A stretch of DNA of 64,000 nt from Camelus ferus. Lineage: Eukaryota. The notes under the pieces were generated by a model. The model searched no databases. It was not told the origin of the DNA and was given only the letters and a program-made list of their open reading frames with translations. Location: the NCBI RefSeq assembly GCF_009834535.1, contig NC_045696.1, forward strand, positions 59,770,001 to 59,834,000, read 5' to 3'. Numbering within the stretch: the first letter of the stretch is position 1; the number at the start of each line of letters is the position of its first letter. Both the position numbers and the translations under genes were made by a program. Positions 13,070-25,987 of this stretch are shown here, piece by piece.

Positions 13070-14010
13070 TTTCATTCATTTACTATTTAGAACATATTTA
13101 TTGAGCACTTCCTGTGAAATCTTTTTTCAACGAATGAGAGTTTATTGAGGGTTGTAATTCTCTGTGTCAGCCACTCTTCTAGATGGTGGAAGCACAACGG
13201 TGAACAAAAGCGGAGAAAAATTCCCTGCTGTCATGGAGCTGATAGTCGAGTGAGGGGAGTAAGAGAGACAGATAATTAGTTCTATAGTAGGTGTTTTTTA
13301 ATGCAGTGTATTCATAGAAAATTTCGAGGTTCAGTGAGGCCAACAGGTCAGGAGTGATTACCACTGAAAAGATCTTCTATTACTCATAGTTCCCATGAGG
13401 AAGGAAGCGCATCCCACAGGGCCACAGGTGGAAACACTGAGGGTGGTTGCAGGGAGGGTGAAGGAACTCGGGGCCTAAAGCCTTTAAGAGGTGAGTCAGG
13501 GTAATCACGTTTAGGATGAACTAGTTTGGATAATTTCAGCAGGCTCTGGAGCTCAGGGGCCATCCCCAGTGGGCTGGTTTCCTGACCCTGGGATGATTAG
13601 GGCAAGTAGATAGTGGCCCGAAATGAGAGCCTGATAAAGAAGTTGGTTGGCAGTATAGACTCTGGCTTGATAGGTTTGCATATGAAAGGCACAAGCGGAA
13701 GCAAGTTGTTTGCCACCTCTAGGAATCAGCTGGCCCTGAGAGGGGCTTTTTCTCCAGGGTCAGCAGGACTCCAGATACCACAGCATCAGAATACAGAACA
13801 CTAAGAGACATGGTTAGATGGCAGTAAGTGCTGCAGGGAAAGTAAAAGAGAAAGGGAATAGAGAGTGTCCGTGTGGAAGGGTGGGATGCTGCACTTTTAA
13901 ATAGAGTGCAGGAAAAACTGGGAAAGTAGCATTTCAGTAAGACCTGAAGGCAGAGAGGGAATGAACCATGTGGGATCTGGGGAAGAACTTTCTAGGCAGG
14001 GAGATCAGTA
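13070..14010 (-). mobile_element. L2 3' fragment interrupted by a MER74 LTR
   Basis: ttcattcatttact...catatttattgagcactt tail; ccctgctgtcatggagctgatagtcgagtgagggga; L2 resumes at ~13817. Confidence 0.65.
13292..13816 (-). mobile_element. MER74-like ERVL solo LTR
   Basis: Reverse complement reads taaccatg...ctgaccctggaga...cctttcatatgcaaacc...gccctaatcatcccaggg...gctgaaattatccaaactag...ctcctgacctgttggcctcac...aaaca, matching my recall of MER74A. Confidence 0.75.
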
Positions 14011-14369
14011 ACTTTAGAGGTAGGAGCCATTGATAACATCACCTAAGTGTGCATCAACATGCCCTAGACCATGGCAGGAAGAATAGAACAGAGATCAGTT
14101 AGGCGTCACAAGCTGATAGCAGGAAGGGGTGGGGTGCCTTAGGTGTGTGAGCTGAATATGGAGTGTTTTGTCCAGAAACCAGATTTGAATATCTTGATAT
14201 TCCCCATTTATCCATATTTGGTAAGATACTTCTCCCCAAATCTTTTTGAAGAAAAGTTGATTCTTAGTGGAAAGGTGATTCTAATCCATAATAAATTTAT
14301 CCGACAATACAACATGGACCAATCAGAAGTGAAAGATTATCAATTAAAGTAAATCATGTCTTATCATCA

Positions 14370-14920
14370 ATCCCTCCAGTGATTTCCCATTTGGATTTAG
14401 GATAAAGTTCCAACTCTCTGCCATGGCCTGCAAGCCTCGGAATCTAGCCACTGCCCACCTTTCCAACTTCATTTTGCATCTGTCCACCCACCAACCATGC
14501 TCCAACCTCAGGAACTTCCCCCAGATAACCTGAGCATCCCAAACTCCTTTCTGCCTTAGGAGTTCTGCACAGGCTGTGCCCTTGGCATGAGGCCTTCCTC
14601 CTATCTTCCCACAGCTGGTTCCCTCTTATCATTCAGGTCTCGGCTTACTTCTCAGAGACTATCACCAGCTGCTCACTCTGAAGAAGTTATACAGACCATC
14701 TCTAGCTCAGTAGCCAGTTTAATTCTCTACATGCTGATCAACTGCTTTGGAAATTTTTCTAACTCATTTATTAGTTTATTATCTGACCCCACTTCCACCT
14801 CAACTAGAATGTCAACTTCCTGATGTCAGGGACTTTGTCTCCCTCACTGCTGGAGCCCAGCATCGGGAATAGCACTGAGCATGTGGACAGCATTCAGTAG
14901 ACATTTGTTGAGTGAATGAA
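14370..14920 (+). mobile_element. L2 3' end
   Basis: ctagaatgtcaacttcctgatgtcagggactttgtct...cattcagtagacatttgttgagtgaatgaa. Confidence 0.75.
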
Positions 14921-15201
14921 TAATAATACAGTATCTTCAGATATAAATGGATCCTACAGGACCCAGCACTTAAGGAATAAAAGAGCCGTCTAATGTGGCA
15001 GGGTCTAGGCAGTCTTCTAGGAAAGAGGTGTTCTTGTGGAAATAGTGATTCCAATATACACAATACTAATTGTGTGTTTTTCTTGCAAAGGATGTCTCCA
15101 GGGTTTCTGTGGCGCTGGGTGATATCTCACCCCAGTCTTTGCCGATCATGTCACGGAGGGCTCTGCTTTAGTAATGAGGAGATGGCCTTGTCACTGTTGG
15201 G

Positions 15202-15423
15202 CAGGCATGGCAGACTAGCAGCCCTCGGGCCTCTGGTCCCAGGTGTATAGCATTTGGCAGCAGAGTGTTTGGATTCTGTCTTAAAACATGAATATGAATG
15301 TCTTTAGCAGACCTGCACTCTCCATTTGGCCATTCCATGCCACTCCTGATTGTCCAGTATCCAGACTCTTCTCATGTTTACTTCCTTGTTAATCCCTGAG
15401 GACACCTGAGCTTCGACCCCCTG
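15202..15423. mobile_element. MER58C/MER102-like hAT-Charlie element
   Basis: Reverse complement begins cagggggtcgaagctc, contains gacaatcaggagtgg...tggagagtgca...taaagacattca and ends ggcccgagggctgctagtctgcc. Confidence 0.6.
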
Positions 15424-16164
15424 CCCTGTGTGACTTAGTGCACAGTTCTCTAGCAGCCCAGTGGGCACTTTGGATGTTTTTCTTGGCTGAAGAGAAGTTG
15501 GAATACTACTGGTAAGTCTCTAGAACCAGCTCATGGCTGGAGGACAAGGAGTCAGCTTGTCTCACCTGTCCCAAAGGCAGGGAATGCTTGCTAACGGGAG
15601 TGTCTGGTTGCAATTATGCAAGTAACTTACACAGTGTTTTTAGAAAGGGACCCTTCCAGGGTCCCCTCAGTATCATCCCAACCCAGTCTCTCTACCCAGC
15701 CCTTCCTGTGTTCTAGGGGCCAGCTGAGGTTCTCACTAATTATTCTCTCATCACCTACTTGCCATTTCTCCCACATTTAACTCTCTTAAATCAGACTTGT
15801 GAGACAGGAAATGCCTCACTGTCTACCAGTATCTTAGAATCATGTTTCCATTTTTTCATCTGGCCTTTTCAGCTGGTCAGCTTTCATACTCAAGACTAAA
15901 GCAAGCATCATTCTTTGTCATGATGATATTTCTGTATTTATTAGTAAAATATTGTGAGTAATTAACAGAGCTGGTCAGAATTTTATGCCTCCCCCAAAAC
16001 CTCCAATACCATTTTCAGTGACAATTTCAAAATCTATAGGAGGACGTCCTGAATTGTATACAAGCCTGACCCCGGGTTAGCTTTCAGAATCCCCATTTAG
16101 CAACTTTTACACAGAAACTTCAACTTTACTGATTTTGGAAACCCACAGGCTAAAATCAATTTTA

Positions 16165-16894
16165 TTCTTTTTTTTTTTAATTGAAGTACAGTCAGTTACA
16201 ATGTATCAGTTTCTGGTGTACAGCGTAATGTCCCAGTCATGCATATACATACATACATTCGTTTTCATATTGTTTTTCATTAAAGGTTATTATAAGTTAT
16301 TGAATATAGTTCCCTGTGCTATACAGAAGAAATTTGTTGGGTTTTTAAATCTATTTTTATATATAATGGCTAATATTTATAAATCTCAAACTTCCAAATT
16401 TACTCCTTCCCAGCCCTTTCCCCTGGTAACCATGAGGTTGTTCACTATGTCTGTGAGTCTGTTTCTGTTTTGTAGGTGAGTTCATTAGTGTCCTCCTTTT
16501 TTTTTTTTTTTTTTCTTTTTTTAGGTTCCACATGTGAGTGATATAATATAGTACTTTTCTTTCTCTTTCTGGCTTACTTCACTTAGAATGACGATTTCCA
16601 GTATAGCACAGGGAAATATACACAAAATGTTATGATAACTCACAGAGAAAAAATGTGACAATGAGTGTGTATATGTCCATGAATGACTGAAAAATTGTGC
16701 TGAACACTGGAATTTGACACAACATTGTAAAATGATTATAAATCAATAAAAAATGTTAAAAAAAAAAAAAGGATGATTTCCAGGTCAATCCATGTTGCTG
16801 CAAATGTCATTATTTTATTCTTTTAATGGCTGAGTAGTATTCCATTGTATAAATAAACCACAACTTCTTCATCCAGTCATCTGTTGATGGAGAC
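16165..16894 (-). mobile_element. 5'-truncated L1 3' UTR, host of a nested L1
   Basis: Poly-T then ttgaagtacagtcagttaca...ggctgagtagtattccattgtata; probable TSD aatcaatttta (16154-16164) / aatcaacttta (16895-16905). Confidence 0.9.
16602..16770 (+). mobile_element. Short younger L1 3' end nested in the opposite-strand L1
   Basis: tatagcacagggaaatatacacaa...aatcaataaa...poly-A; TSD gacgatttccag (16590-16601) / gatgatttccag (16772-16783). Confidence 0.88.
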
Positions 16895-17199
16895 AATCAA
16901 CTTTAAATAGCAAGTCAAATAAAGCACAACCTACCAAAATTTGACAAAATCTAATTCTAGCCTTTAGCATAATCACTGTTTTCACTATACATTGTTCAAT
17001 CTGTTTTCAAGGTAATGGAAAATTATTCTATCATATTTATGATCAGGAAATCATTTCATGAGTGGAATTGGGTGTTTTACACATGATTAGGTTCAAACAT
17101 CATTTACAGTTGATTTGTAGCAGAATTTTAAAACACCAGGACTAAGCATATATGCAGTTTAACTTGATGGATCAGAAAATTTGCCCATAACAGATACCA

Positions 17200-17722
17200 C
17201 CATGACCAGGGGATCAACGTTAACATCACTAAAACTGGATCAAATTGTTATTATGTGCCTCCTGATACAGCACATCATGTTCAGGGGTATTCTTGCCAAA
17301 AATGCACATTCTCAATCTAATATTAAGGAAACATCCAGCAAACCCAAACTGAGGAAATATTCTACAAAATAACTGTCTTGTATTTATACTGTACTGATAA
17401 AAGATGTCCAAGTCATGAAAGACGTGGCCTTTTTCTATAAAGGATATTACAGGAGTGATTGGCAATTAAATTCCTGATTTTGCTAGTTATGCTGTGGTTA
17501 TGTAAGAGAACACCTTTGTTTTTAGGGAACATACACCGAACTATTTAGGGGTAAAGGGGTATCTTCTTTTTAACTTATTCTCAGTTTAGAAAGAGACAGA
17601 GAAAAGGAAAAGCAAGTGGTAAAATGTTCATATTTGGGAAATCTGGGTGAAGGAGATGTAAGAATTCTTTGTACAAATCTTGCAGCTTTTCTCTAGATCT
17701 GAAATTATGTCGAAATAAAAAA
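17200..17722 (+). mobile_element. L1MC4-like 3' UTR fragment
   Basis: caaacccaaactgaggaaatattctacaaaataactg; gtggttatgtaagagaa; gggaaatctgggtgaagga...aattctttgtac. Confidence 0.75.
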
Positions 17723-18639
17723 TTATTAAGAATTTATGCCAGTGGCATCATACTCATGAATGTATCGCCAGGTTGATGGGGATGGGAAAAACCCAGACGG
17801 TGGATTTTCCCGGCCACGTGTGCCCTCAGTGTCAATCTGTGCTCTGCGTCCAAAGAGGCCAGGGAGGACCACAAGGCCACCGCTGCAGGAAGAACACAGA
17901 GCGGGGAAAGCAGAAGGAGAGAGCCTGGGCTTGGTTGGGAGGCCCAGACCGAATGCAGTCTTGTTTCTCTGCTGCTTTTTTCCAAGCCAGGTAGCAAGGA
18001 CCTAGAGGAAAACTCACTCAGCACAGGTCCTCGGGAGAAACAGGGCCAGGCTAAGACTGTAGGGTCTCAAACTACATTAAGTCCTGGAGACACTAAATCT
18101 TACACTTTCTTTCCTACCTCACACACCAAAAAATGTAGATTCCTTAAAAAAAAAAAAGGCCGAAAACAGAAGTCATTGACCACCAGTCACCTGTTTCTTC
18201 CTCCAGATAAGCAGTTTCCTCCCTTTCTTCTTCCCTTGTGTTCCCTTCCCTCGGAGAGTTTCCATTGTGACATTTTCAGTTAAGTAGCACTTAATCACAG
18301 TCTTAAATGTTCCAGTGGCACCCAGCTTAACTCTTTCCCTCTGCCTCTGTAATCAAGGCTGGCATGGTTACCTCTGGTTAAGATTACTACTGAACGGCAC
18401 ATTATGAGTTAAATCCAGGTCAGGCTCCCTACTGGCTCCCCGGTACTCTAATGTGATAGCACATAGCCAAAAATAACTGACCTGGACAGCAACTTACCTC
18501 CTACTTTGGTGTTCATAAAAAGTTTTGAGTTTGACTGTCAACCCTGTGTCAGGATACCATCCTCAGGAGTCTGATTCACCTTTTGTGTTCCAGACTGAGA
18601 TGGAGTAATAGCCAAGATCGATGTTAACCATACTGCTTT

Positions 18640-18800
18640 CTGCAGCATATTAATAGAATTTGGTAAATACTCACTTTGGAGAGTCGTCATCTACCAGAGC
18701 ATGTTAATTAGCATATTAAAGGTTCCTAGAAGTCCTGCAGAAAAGAAACAGGTCACTTCCTTTAACCCATCTTAATTGACTGGGCAACACTTAGAACATC
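18640..18800. mobile_element. MER103C-like hAT-Charlie fragment
   Basis: attagcatattaaaggttcctagaagtcctgcag is a characteristic stretch. Confidence 0.65.
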
Positions 18801-19268
18801 TTAAGGGACAGGAAGCCCTAGCCTATACTGATAGTCACTTTGCTGAGTTTAAGAGATGACAGCCTCAACGACATTGACTTTTTCTTAGAGGTCTCTGGAC
18901 CTAAAAATAGATGCCAGTGATTTCTCTTGATTTGTGCTTAGCTATTCATCACCAGCCATTTAATGAGCTCCTCTATGACTGAAGAGCTTGTGCTGGGATA
19001 CAAAGATGGGGGACGTCTCTGTCCTCAAGGACTTCCCTTAGAGTTAGGGAAGTAAAGTACATAAACAAGCATTTATCAGTGCCAAATGAATGGCACAAGA
19101 TGTGCTCCCAGAGAAATAGGAGAAGATGATGGGCTTAGTCTTCTTAGAAGCCCTAGGCAGGCTTTAGATAAGCAGAGAGGCTGCAGAATGGTTTGAGTGA
19201 TGGGAATCACAATATGGGTGGTGCAGTCAACTGAATAATTAGACTAAAGTGGATGGTTCATATAGAAT

Positions 19269-19452
19269 AGTGGTTTCCAAACTTTAGCATACATCTCCAA
19301 TTACTTGGAGGGCTTGTTAGAACAGAGTGCTGGGCCACCCCCATAGTTTCTCATCTGGTAGCCCTGGAGCAGGACCTAAGACTCTGCATCTCTCACAAGT
19401 GCCCAGACGATGCTTACATTGCTGGTGTGGGAACCACAGCTTGAGAACTTTG
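19269..19452. mobile_element. MER5A DNA transposon, near full length, within L2-like sequence
   Basis: agtggtttccaaactttagcatacat...ttggagggcttgtt...gctggtgtgggaaccacagcttgagaac. Confidence 0.8.
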
Positions 19453-20193
19453 GGTTATCAAAGAATGGACGCTCATGCGGCTGGAAAGGTGAGCTCCGGC
19501 TTGATCATGGAGCAGTTTAAATGGCAAGCTGACAAGTTAGATTTTGTTGATCAAGTTTTAAACAGTGACTTGCACATAGCAATAGGATTGTTCTGGTAAC
19601 AGAGATATAGCAAATGGGGAAGAGAAAAGGACTAGCTGCAAAGAGACCAATTTGGAGGTTGTTACGTAGTTAGAGCAAGTGGATTTAAAAGCTCCGAATT
19701 AGGGCAGTGACAGCAGGAATGGAAAGAAAAATATCCTTTCAGAAATCTTTGTGAACGAAGACTCTGCCTACAGGAGAGAAAAACTGCAAGAGAGCCTTGG
19801 TCATTCTCTGAGGGAGAATGCAGTTATATGCAGTAATGTGTATAATGTTATTTTGAGGCTTTGTGTGTATTACTGGAGCTGAACTGGTTTATGTTCACAC
19901 AGTGCGAAAAGCGGAGAATGTTACCATGTAAGGTAATAGAGTAAACTGTCTTAGAGAGCTTACATTTAACCTACCTGAGGGCTTATTTGAAGGCCTATGA
20001 GAAAACTCTGATGTGGATAGATCTTGGACTCAGGCGTGGCCCTATTTTACCAGGAAAATTTGGCTTCCCGGCCAGGCATGGAGCTTGGGAGGGTGGCCTG
20101 CAGGGAGATGAAGCCAGAAGAAGACGCCCTCCCCAGCCTTGAAACTTCAGGTGCCGTGAGTCGTGATTAAGACCTCCCTGTGTTCATGATATC

Positions 20194-20339
20194 TTTTTTT
20201 TTTTAATTTTAATCTTTATTTTTTGAGGGGTGGATAATTAGATTGATTGATTGATTGATCTTAATGGAGGTACTGGGGATATCACCCAGGACCTCATGCA
20301 TGCTAAGCACGTGCTCTACTACTGAGCTGTGCCCTCCCC
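20194..20339 (-). mobile_element. tRNA(Ala)-derived SINE, camelid vic-1 type
   Basis: Reverse complement GGGGAGGGCACAGCTCAGTAGTAGAGCACGTGCTTAGCATGCATGAGGTCCTGGGTGATATCCCCAGTACCTCC, then (AATC)n and an A-rich tail. Confidence 0.85.
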
Positions 20340-23300
20340 GTCAGAAGCCTTTTAGGAGAGTTCCCTACTCCACAGTTGAGAAGAAACGTGCATTTCCTCT
20401 GCAGAGGCTGTGGACAAGTCTGAGAGCATGAAATGGGTGTATACAGAGGGAAAAAGTATCGGGACTGTTTACTCTGGGAAGAGCAGCAGAGCTGCTTTCA
20501 CTGCCTTTTGCCTGATCTGATAGGTCAAGTTTCAGATTCTACCCCTGGAATAGAGAGAGAGACTTTTTAGCTCTTAACTTCCAAAGCCAGCTAGAGGGAA
20601 TAGTGAATCAGTGACATCAGTGTGACAACATCAGCGTCACAGCAATGGCCTTGCAAGTTTAGAACGTGCTTCTCTGGGGTGACGGGGCAGACTGACTCAG
20701 TGCCCTTTGAGGTGTCTCCTCTCTCCGTCTCTGACTCAGAGAGAGGATTAAACAGGGGAAACTGAGGCTAAGGAGACCTGAGGACAAGCAGTGGGAAACT
20801 TTATCATTTTAACCCTCTGCATCCAATGGCATCCTTACCGAAGTCAAAGCAGGGAGGGTGAGGACAGGACCCTGAAGGAGCCAGCAGTAGTTGATGGAGA
20901 TCTGGACTGAGTTAGAACAGAATTCCAAAGGGTTCATCTAGATTAAAGCCAGAGGTGCTGACTTTTCACCCCTATGGAGATTGTTTTGTCTTTTGAAGAA
21001 GATCCTGATAGAAAGAGCTCATGTCCCAAAAGGCTCTGAAGATGAAAAGGATTCCTGCCCTGTGTGGCTCCCACCAGATTTAGAATCATCCCTGTGGTTC
21101 AGACCTCTGTGCACATGCTACCAAACAGGAACAGGAGTATAGGGAAGAGAAGGGGACCAATGAGTAGAAATGAAGTAAGATATATCCCAGTGCAATGTGC
21201 CTTTAAGGCTTAGAGTGGCCCTTCATTTTGTACTCTTAGTTTAATGGGAAAAACCAGACACAGATATTATAAATCAGAGATTTACATGTTCAGAAGTGTA
21301 TTGAAAAACACATGAAGCCTGAGTAGAGTGGTGAGGTAAGGAATGGTGGGTTGGCAGAGGACTCACTGGAGAAGAAATTCCTGAACTAAGTGTGTAAAAG
21401 CTATGGCTTAGTGAGCAGGAGGCAGAGGCTTGCGTTCTGCCTTTGAGAATTGAAACTCAAATTCATTCTCCCATAAGAGATGGAGGAAGGAACATCCTGA
21501 GTTAAGATGTTTGCCAGGTTTAGTCTAACATTATGGTACGAGCAATTGCAAGGGCAAGTTTCCTAGTGATAAGAAACAGTGTTTCTGGACCAGGCTGATT
21601 CTCTGCCTCCCCCATATCCTGCTGCTGTCACCACAGCAACTTTCTTCCAGCACCAAGTGGCCCAGACATCGAGAAGGCCAACCAAAGGGGTTTCCGGGAT
21701 GCCAGCCAAGCCAGGAACTGGTGTTGTGTAGCCTGAGGACCTCAGCTGAATGTGCAACTAGGAGACTGGCTTTGCTAAGCATTCCGCTAAAAGACCTGCC
21801 AGAGCCATTAGTACATCACACAAGACGTACTGATACTTGCTGGAGGTTTGGTGCTCTGTAGTTGAATTTGTGGATTTATTACCCAGAGAATTTTCACCGT
21901 TGACCTTGCCATGATACACCCTTCTCCATATAAGCAATTTCCAGTGTGAAGAAAATGTATATATGATACTTCTATGATTTTGTATTAAGTAAATTAGTTA
22001 TAGAAAGCCAAAGGAAACAGGAATGTTTGAGTATATAAACTCTGCAGACAGATGTATTGAAATGCATTTGCCTTATGTAGCTCAAGCCTTGGGAAGCAAT
22101 AAGGATGAGTTTACAATTATTCCTGTATCATAGGAGCTAAAGCAAGACAGAAGAACAGGAGGTTAAAAGACTCTTCCTTAAATATCTAGTGGGTTTTAGG
22201 AACCTATGATTTCTTCTGATTTCAGCTCTTGGAGTCAATGCTTCCAATTCAATATTACAGTGAATACCAGGGAGACTTTTATAGCCCTATTATATCCATC
22301 TGGATGATGGGTAGTGAAGTATGATTAATACAGAACAACTAGACCCCGTATCTTTTAGCAATTACATAATACAGTATGTGAAAGACATGCCTTTGGCATG
22401 CGATTGAATAGCATCACTGAACTCCAGAAAAGTGGATTAAAATGAGTTTCCCTTCTTGAGTTGTGCCCCTGAAGCCAGTAAGGAAAATGATGGGCGAACC
22501 CAGTGAGCTACGCGTCTGGGGCACTCTTAATCTACCCAGTGCCGTCCGCACCTGTGTGTACTCTCTGGGCTATGAGTCTAGCCCTTATAAGGACACTGTT
22601 CCTGGTCTTTGGGGATATTAAACCCACAAAACTAATAGAATTGTCTTCCCATTTTGTCTAGGAGATGTGGTCCTTCTTTACTTTCAACTCACTTTGAGAT
22701 CAGTGGACAGAAAGCTGAACTAGTATTTTGTGATTAGAAAAATAGTAGATGACAGCCCTGTGGATGCAGCTGTAAGGCATTTGCCACATGCTAAATTTGC
22801 ATTCCTTGATGACTTGTACACAATGTATTCTGCTTTCCGAATTGTTTTGCAAATTTTACACTAAACTAAAAAGAGTAGAAGCCTTTTTTTTTAGGTGTAA
22901 CGTAAAAGTGAAATAAATAGGAGCTGAACCTTTTTAAAAAAAGGGATTGAATTATAAATAAGCAAAAGTTCTAGTATATTCATCTGCTACCCATGTTGTA
23001 CATAAATATCTTGTATTCTGATTGCTAATGAAAGGCTACCCAGGTAAAAGAATGTTCGACATGGACAGTGGGCTTATTAGGAGGTGTTCGGTGTGTAAAC
23101 GCTCATGAGCTTTATTCCAGTTTTCATCTTCATGTCAGGCAGACAACTCTTATCTCCTGTGCTGCTTAGAAACATGCTGCTGTAATTAAAACACCTGAAA
23201 TCATGGAGCCTTTGTCTCAAGGCTTAGGCTAATAGTATTGACATGTTTATTCTAACCCCATGATGGTATCTGAGACCCTAATATCAACAGCTGTTCAATT

Positions 23301-23729
23301 GCCTCATCACCAGGCCCATCAGAAGCTCCCATTCTGAGGGATACCCTGTAGATAAAGAGGCAACTGTCATCTCCGGGAAATAATGTGTGCTGCCTAAACT
23401 TCCAAATGGTGGGAGAGGTGGACACCAATGACCTGGTAGCCCAAGGATGTGACTGCCTTATTCTGGGATGAGATTTCAGTCATTGTGTGTAGGAGTGGTT
23501 ACTGGAAGTGGGGATGGAAATGACACAGAACGGCAACTTGTAGCATTAAGTTTTTCCTTGTTTTCATGAGGCATGGAACTTTGAAGCTAAAAAATGGCCT
23601 TAAATTATCTAGTATAACCTTTAGAAGAACACAGAGACAGAGTGAAGGAACATACAGAATAAATTTCAGAGTCGTGAAATTAGGGGAGATAGCTATGGTT
23701 TTATTTTTATTTAACTTAGATGGTACTTC

Positions 23730-23905
23730 CAGTGGAACTAGACACTTATAAGCACTTCACAAATATTAACTTCTTAATCCTAATAACCCTGTAGGGTAGA
23801 TACTAATATTCATTCAATGATGAGAAAACCAAGATATACAGAGATCAGGTAACTGGCTGAGAGTCACAGAGCTAGCCAGTGGTAGAGCGAGACTTTGAAT
23901 GCATT
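23730..23905 (-). mobile_element. MIR SINE
   Basis: ttaatcctaataaccctgtagggtagatacta...gatgagaaaaccaagat...gtcacagagctagccagtggtagagc. Confidence 0.75.
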
Positions 23906-24979
23906 CTGTCTAATCTGTCCATTTTGTAGATGAAGAAACAGGAGACCTGAGTGTCTGTCCACTGCTGCCGCCTCTGTCATAATCCACTGAGTCAGCACCA
24001 GTGGATTATTCTTGGATCATATAATCAAGGCAGGAAAATTATACCACCAAAGTTTCTCTTTTAGTCAACATGAACAAAAATATCATTAAGAGATGAATGT
24101 TGGCACCAAGAATTCTCTAGTCATTGGCAAAGCTTTGGAACGTGTTCTATGACCATGCATCATGTCGTCTTTTCTCAAATATTAAGAAAGTGGGCATTTC
24201 AGAGAGGTGGCTTGGGAATTGGAGGAAGTAGGGATGAAAAATAGTATGGTAGTCTGCTGGTGGATGAGAGTTTATCGTTTGTTGGCTATTTAGATTTTCT
24301 TGATTTCATTAGTATCTTCATATTCCCATGACCAATCAAGTAAGCTTATCCCTCTCAGTCTTTGAAGTAGGACCTTCAACCTCATAGGTTACCTGTCATG
24401 TTTCCTATTTTTCCAGTTTGTGGCTGAGAACTGAACTGTAGGATGCATTTCCTATTGATCTAGAGGCACTGGTTTTTACCTTTTTATTTCTTCTTGAAAC
24501 ATTCTGCTTCATCCCAATTTCCTCCTTTGAAGTAGGTGTTTTTGGTTAGGAAGGGCACATTTAATTTTTTCCAGAGGAAAGTTATATACTAATGTGCATA
24601 ATGAAGCACCTAGGAGAATTCAGGAGGACGAGAACTTTTGTACACGATTGGTGGGAGTAAATCAGAGAGCAGTTGGCAGTACCTAGTGAGGTTGGTGGTG
24701 TGTATATGCTAAAACCCAGTGGTTCCACCTTGAAACAGATGCTTTAGAGTTGAGAGCAGGACTACTCAATATGCTATCTGCAGATGGTGAAGGTTTGTGA
24801 GTTGTGCTTCTAGTCCACAGTGAGGCAAGTACAGAAAAAGAGAGCAAGCTTTTAGAGGCTTTTACAGCAATTTGATGTTCCATAACATCCGCCAGTGTGA
24901 CTTTGTATTTTATAAAGGCATTGGCCCAAAACAGATTGGAAATAAGAAAAATGGGTCCTTTACCACAGGGAGTTTGGGA

Positions 24980-25530
24980 AGTATTGCCCTAGAGGAATTC
25001 TCACACATATGCAAAGAGACCTATACAGGGTTACGTATACTGCCTCTGTGTGTGTGTGTGTGTGTGTGTGTTTAACAACCTAAATGTCCCTTGTTAGGAA
25101 AATGTATTATAAATATCACAATATGTCCTATGAGAGAATATTATTCAACACTTAAAATGAATGAACTATATCAGCATGTGTGAACATGAACAATTCTAAG
25201 TCATTTTGAATAAAAGAGCAAGTGCAAAATGATACCTACATTATAATTATATATATAAATATAAAATACAAAGTAATACTATATTTGCATGTGAAGTAAA
25301 TGTCTAACAACATGGACAGGAAAGCTGCACACCAAGTTCAGAAGAGAATTTAACTCTGGGAAGGAAAAATGGGGGATGAGATTGAGAATGAGTGAAAAAA
25401 AATTAAAAGGCTTTAACTACAGCTATAATCTTTTATTTCTTTTTTAAAAAGCTAAGCAAATGTGGCAGAAATGTTGCATTTATCTTATCTAGGTGGTGGG
25501 TACCTGGATGTTACACTTTTTCTATATTTC
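24980..25530 (+). mobile_element. Ancient L1ME-like 3' fragment containing (TG)12 at 25047-25070
   Basis: acaacctaaatgtcc, gaatattattcaacacttaaaatgaatgaacta, tctaggtggtgggtacctggatgtt. Confidence 0.65.
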
Positions 25531-25987
25531 TATCTCAAAAATATCCCGTAGTAAAGTTAGCCTCAGAATATGATTTTTTTCTGATCAAGAAGCAAGTTGA
25601 ACATGCCAGAACATCCAAAGAACTTTATTCCCTGAAGGATCCAGGGACACATTTATCTTCCCAGTGACTTAAAACCAGATATCAGCCTTATGGGCAGTTT
25701 TTATGCCTCAGGGTTACAGAGTAAGCCTTGGTTCAGAACCCTGGAGAGATGTAACAATGCCTGGATTCTGGTCCTAGCTTCATGACTGACTAATTTGTGA
25801 CCATGGATTTCCCATATACAAGCTTTCTTCGCCTTATCTGTAAAAATTAGTGAGACTGAGATTATTTTCAGCATGGAGATTTTATAACATGTAAATTATA
25901 TATAAATGTATATTTGAAATGTTACATAGACTAGCGACTTGATGTTCCTTTTTATAATAATTACAGAGGCTAAAAGAATATATGAAA

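Noticed and set aside
20265..20339. Possible tRNA-Ala gene
   Set aside because: Degenerate B box, SINE-type head and simple-repeat/A tail indicate a SINE
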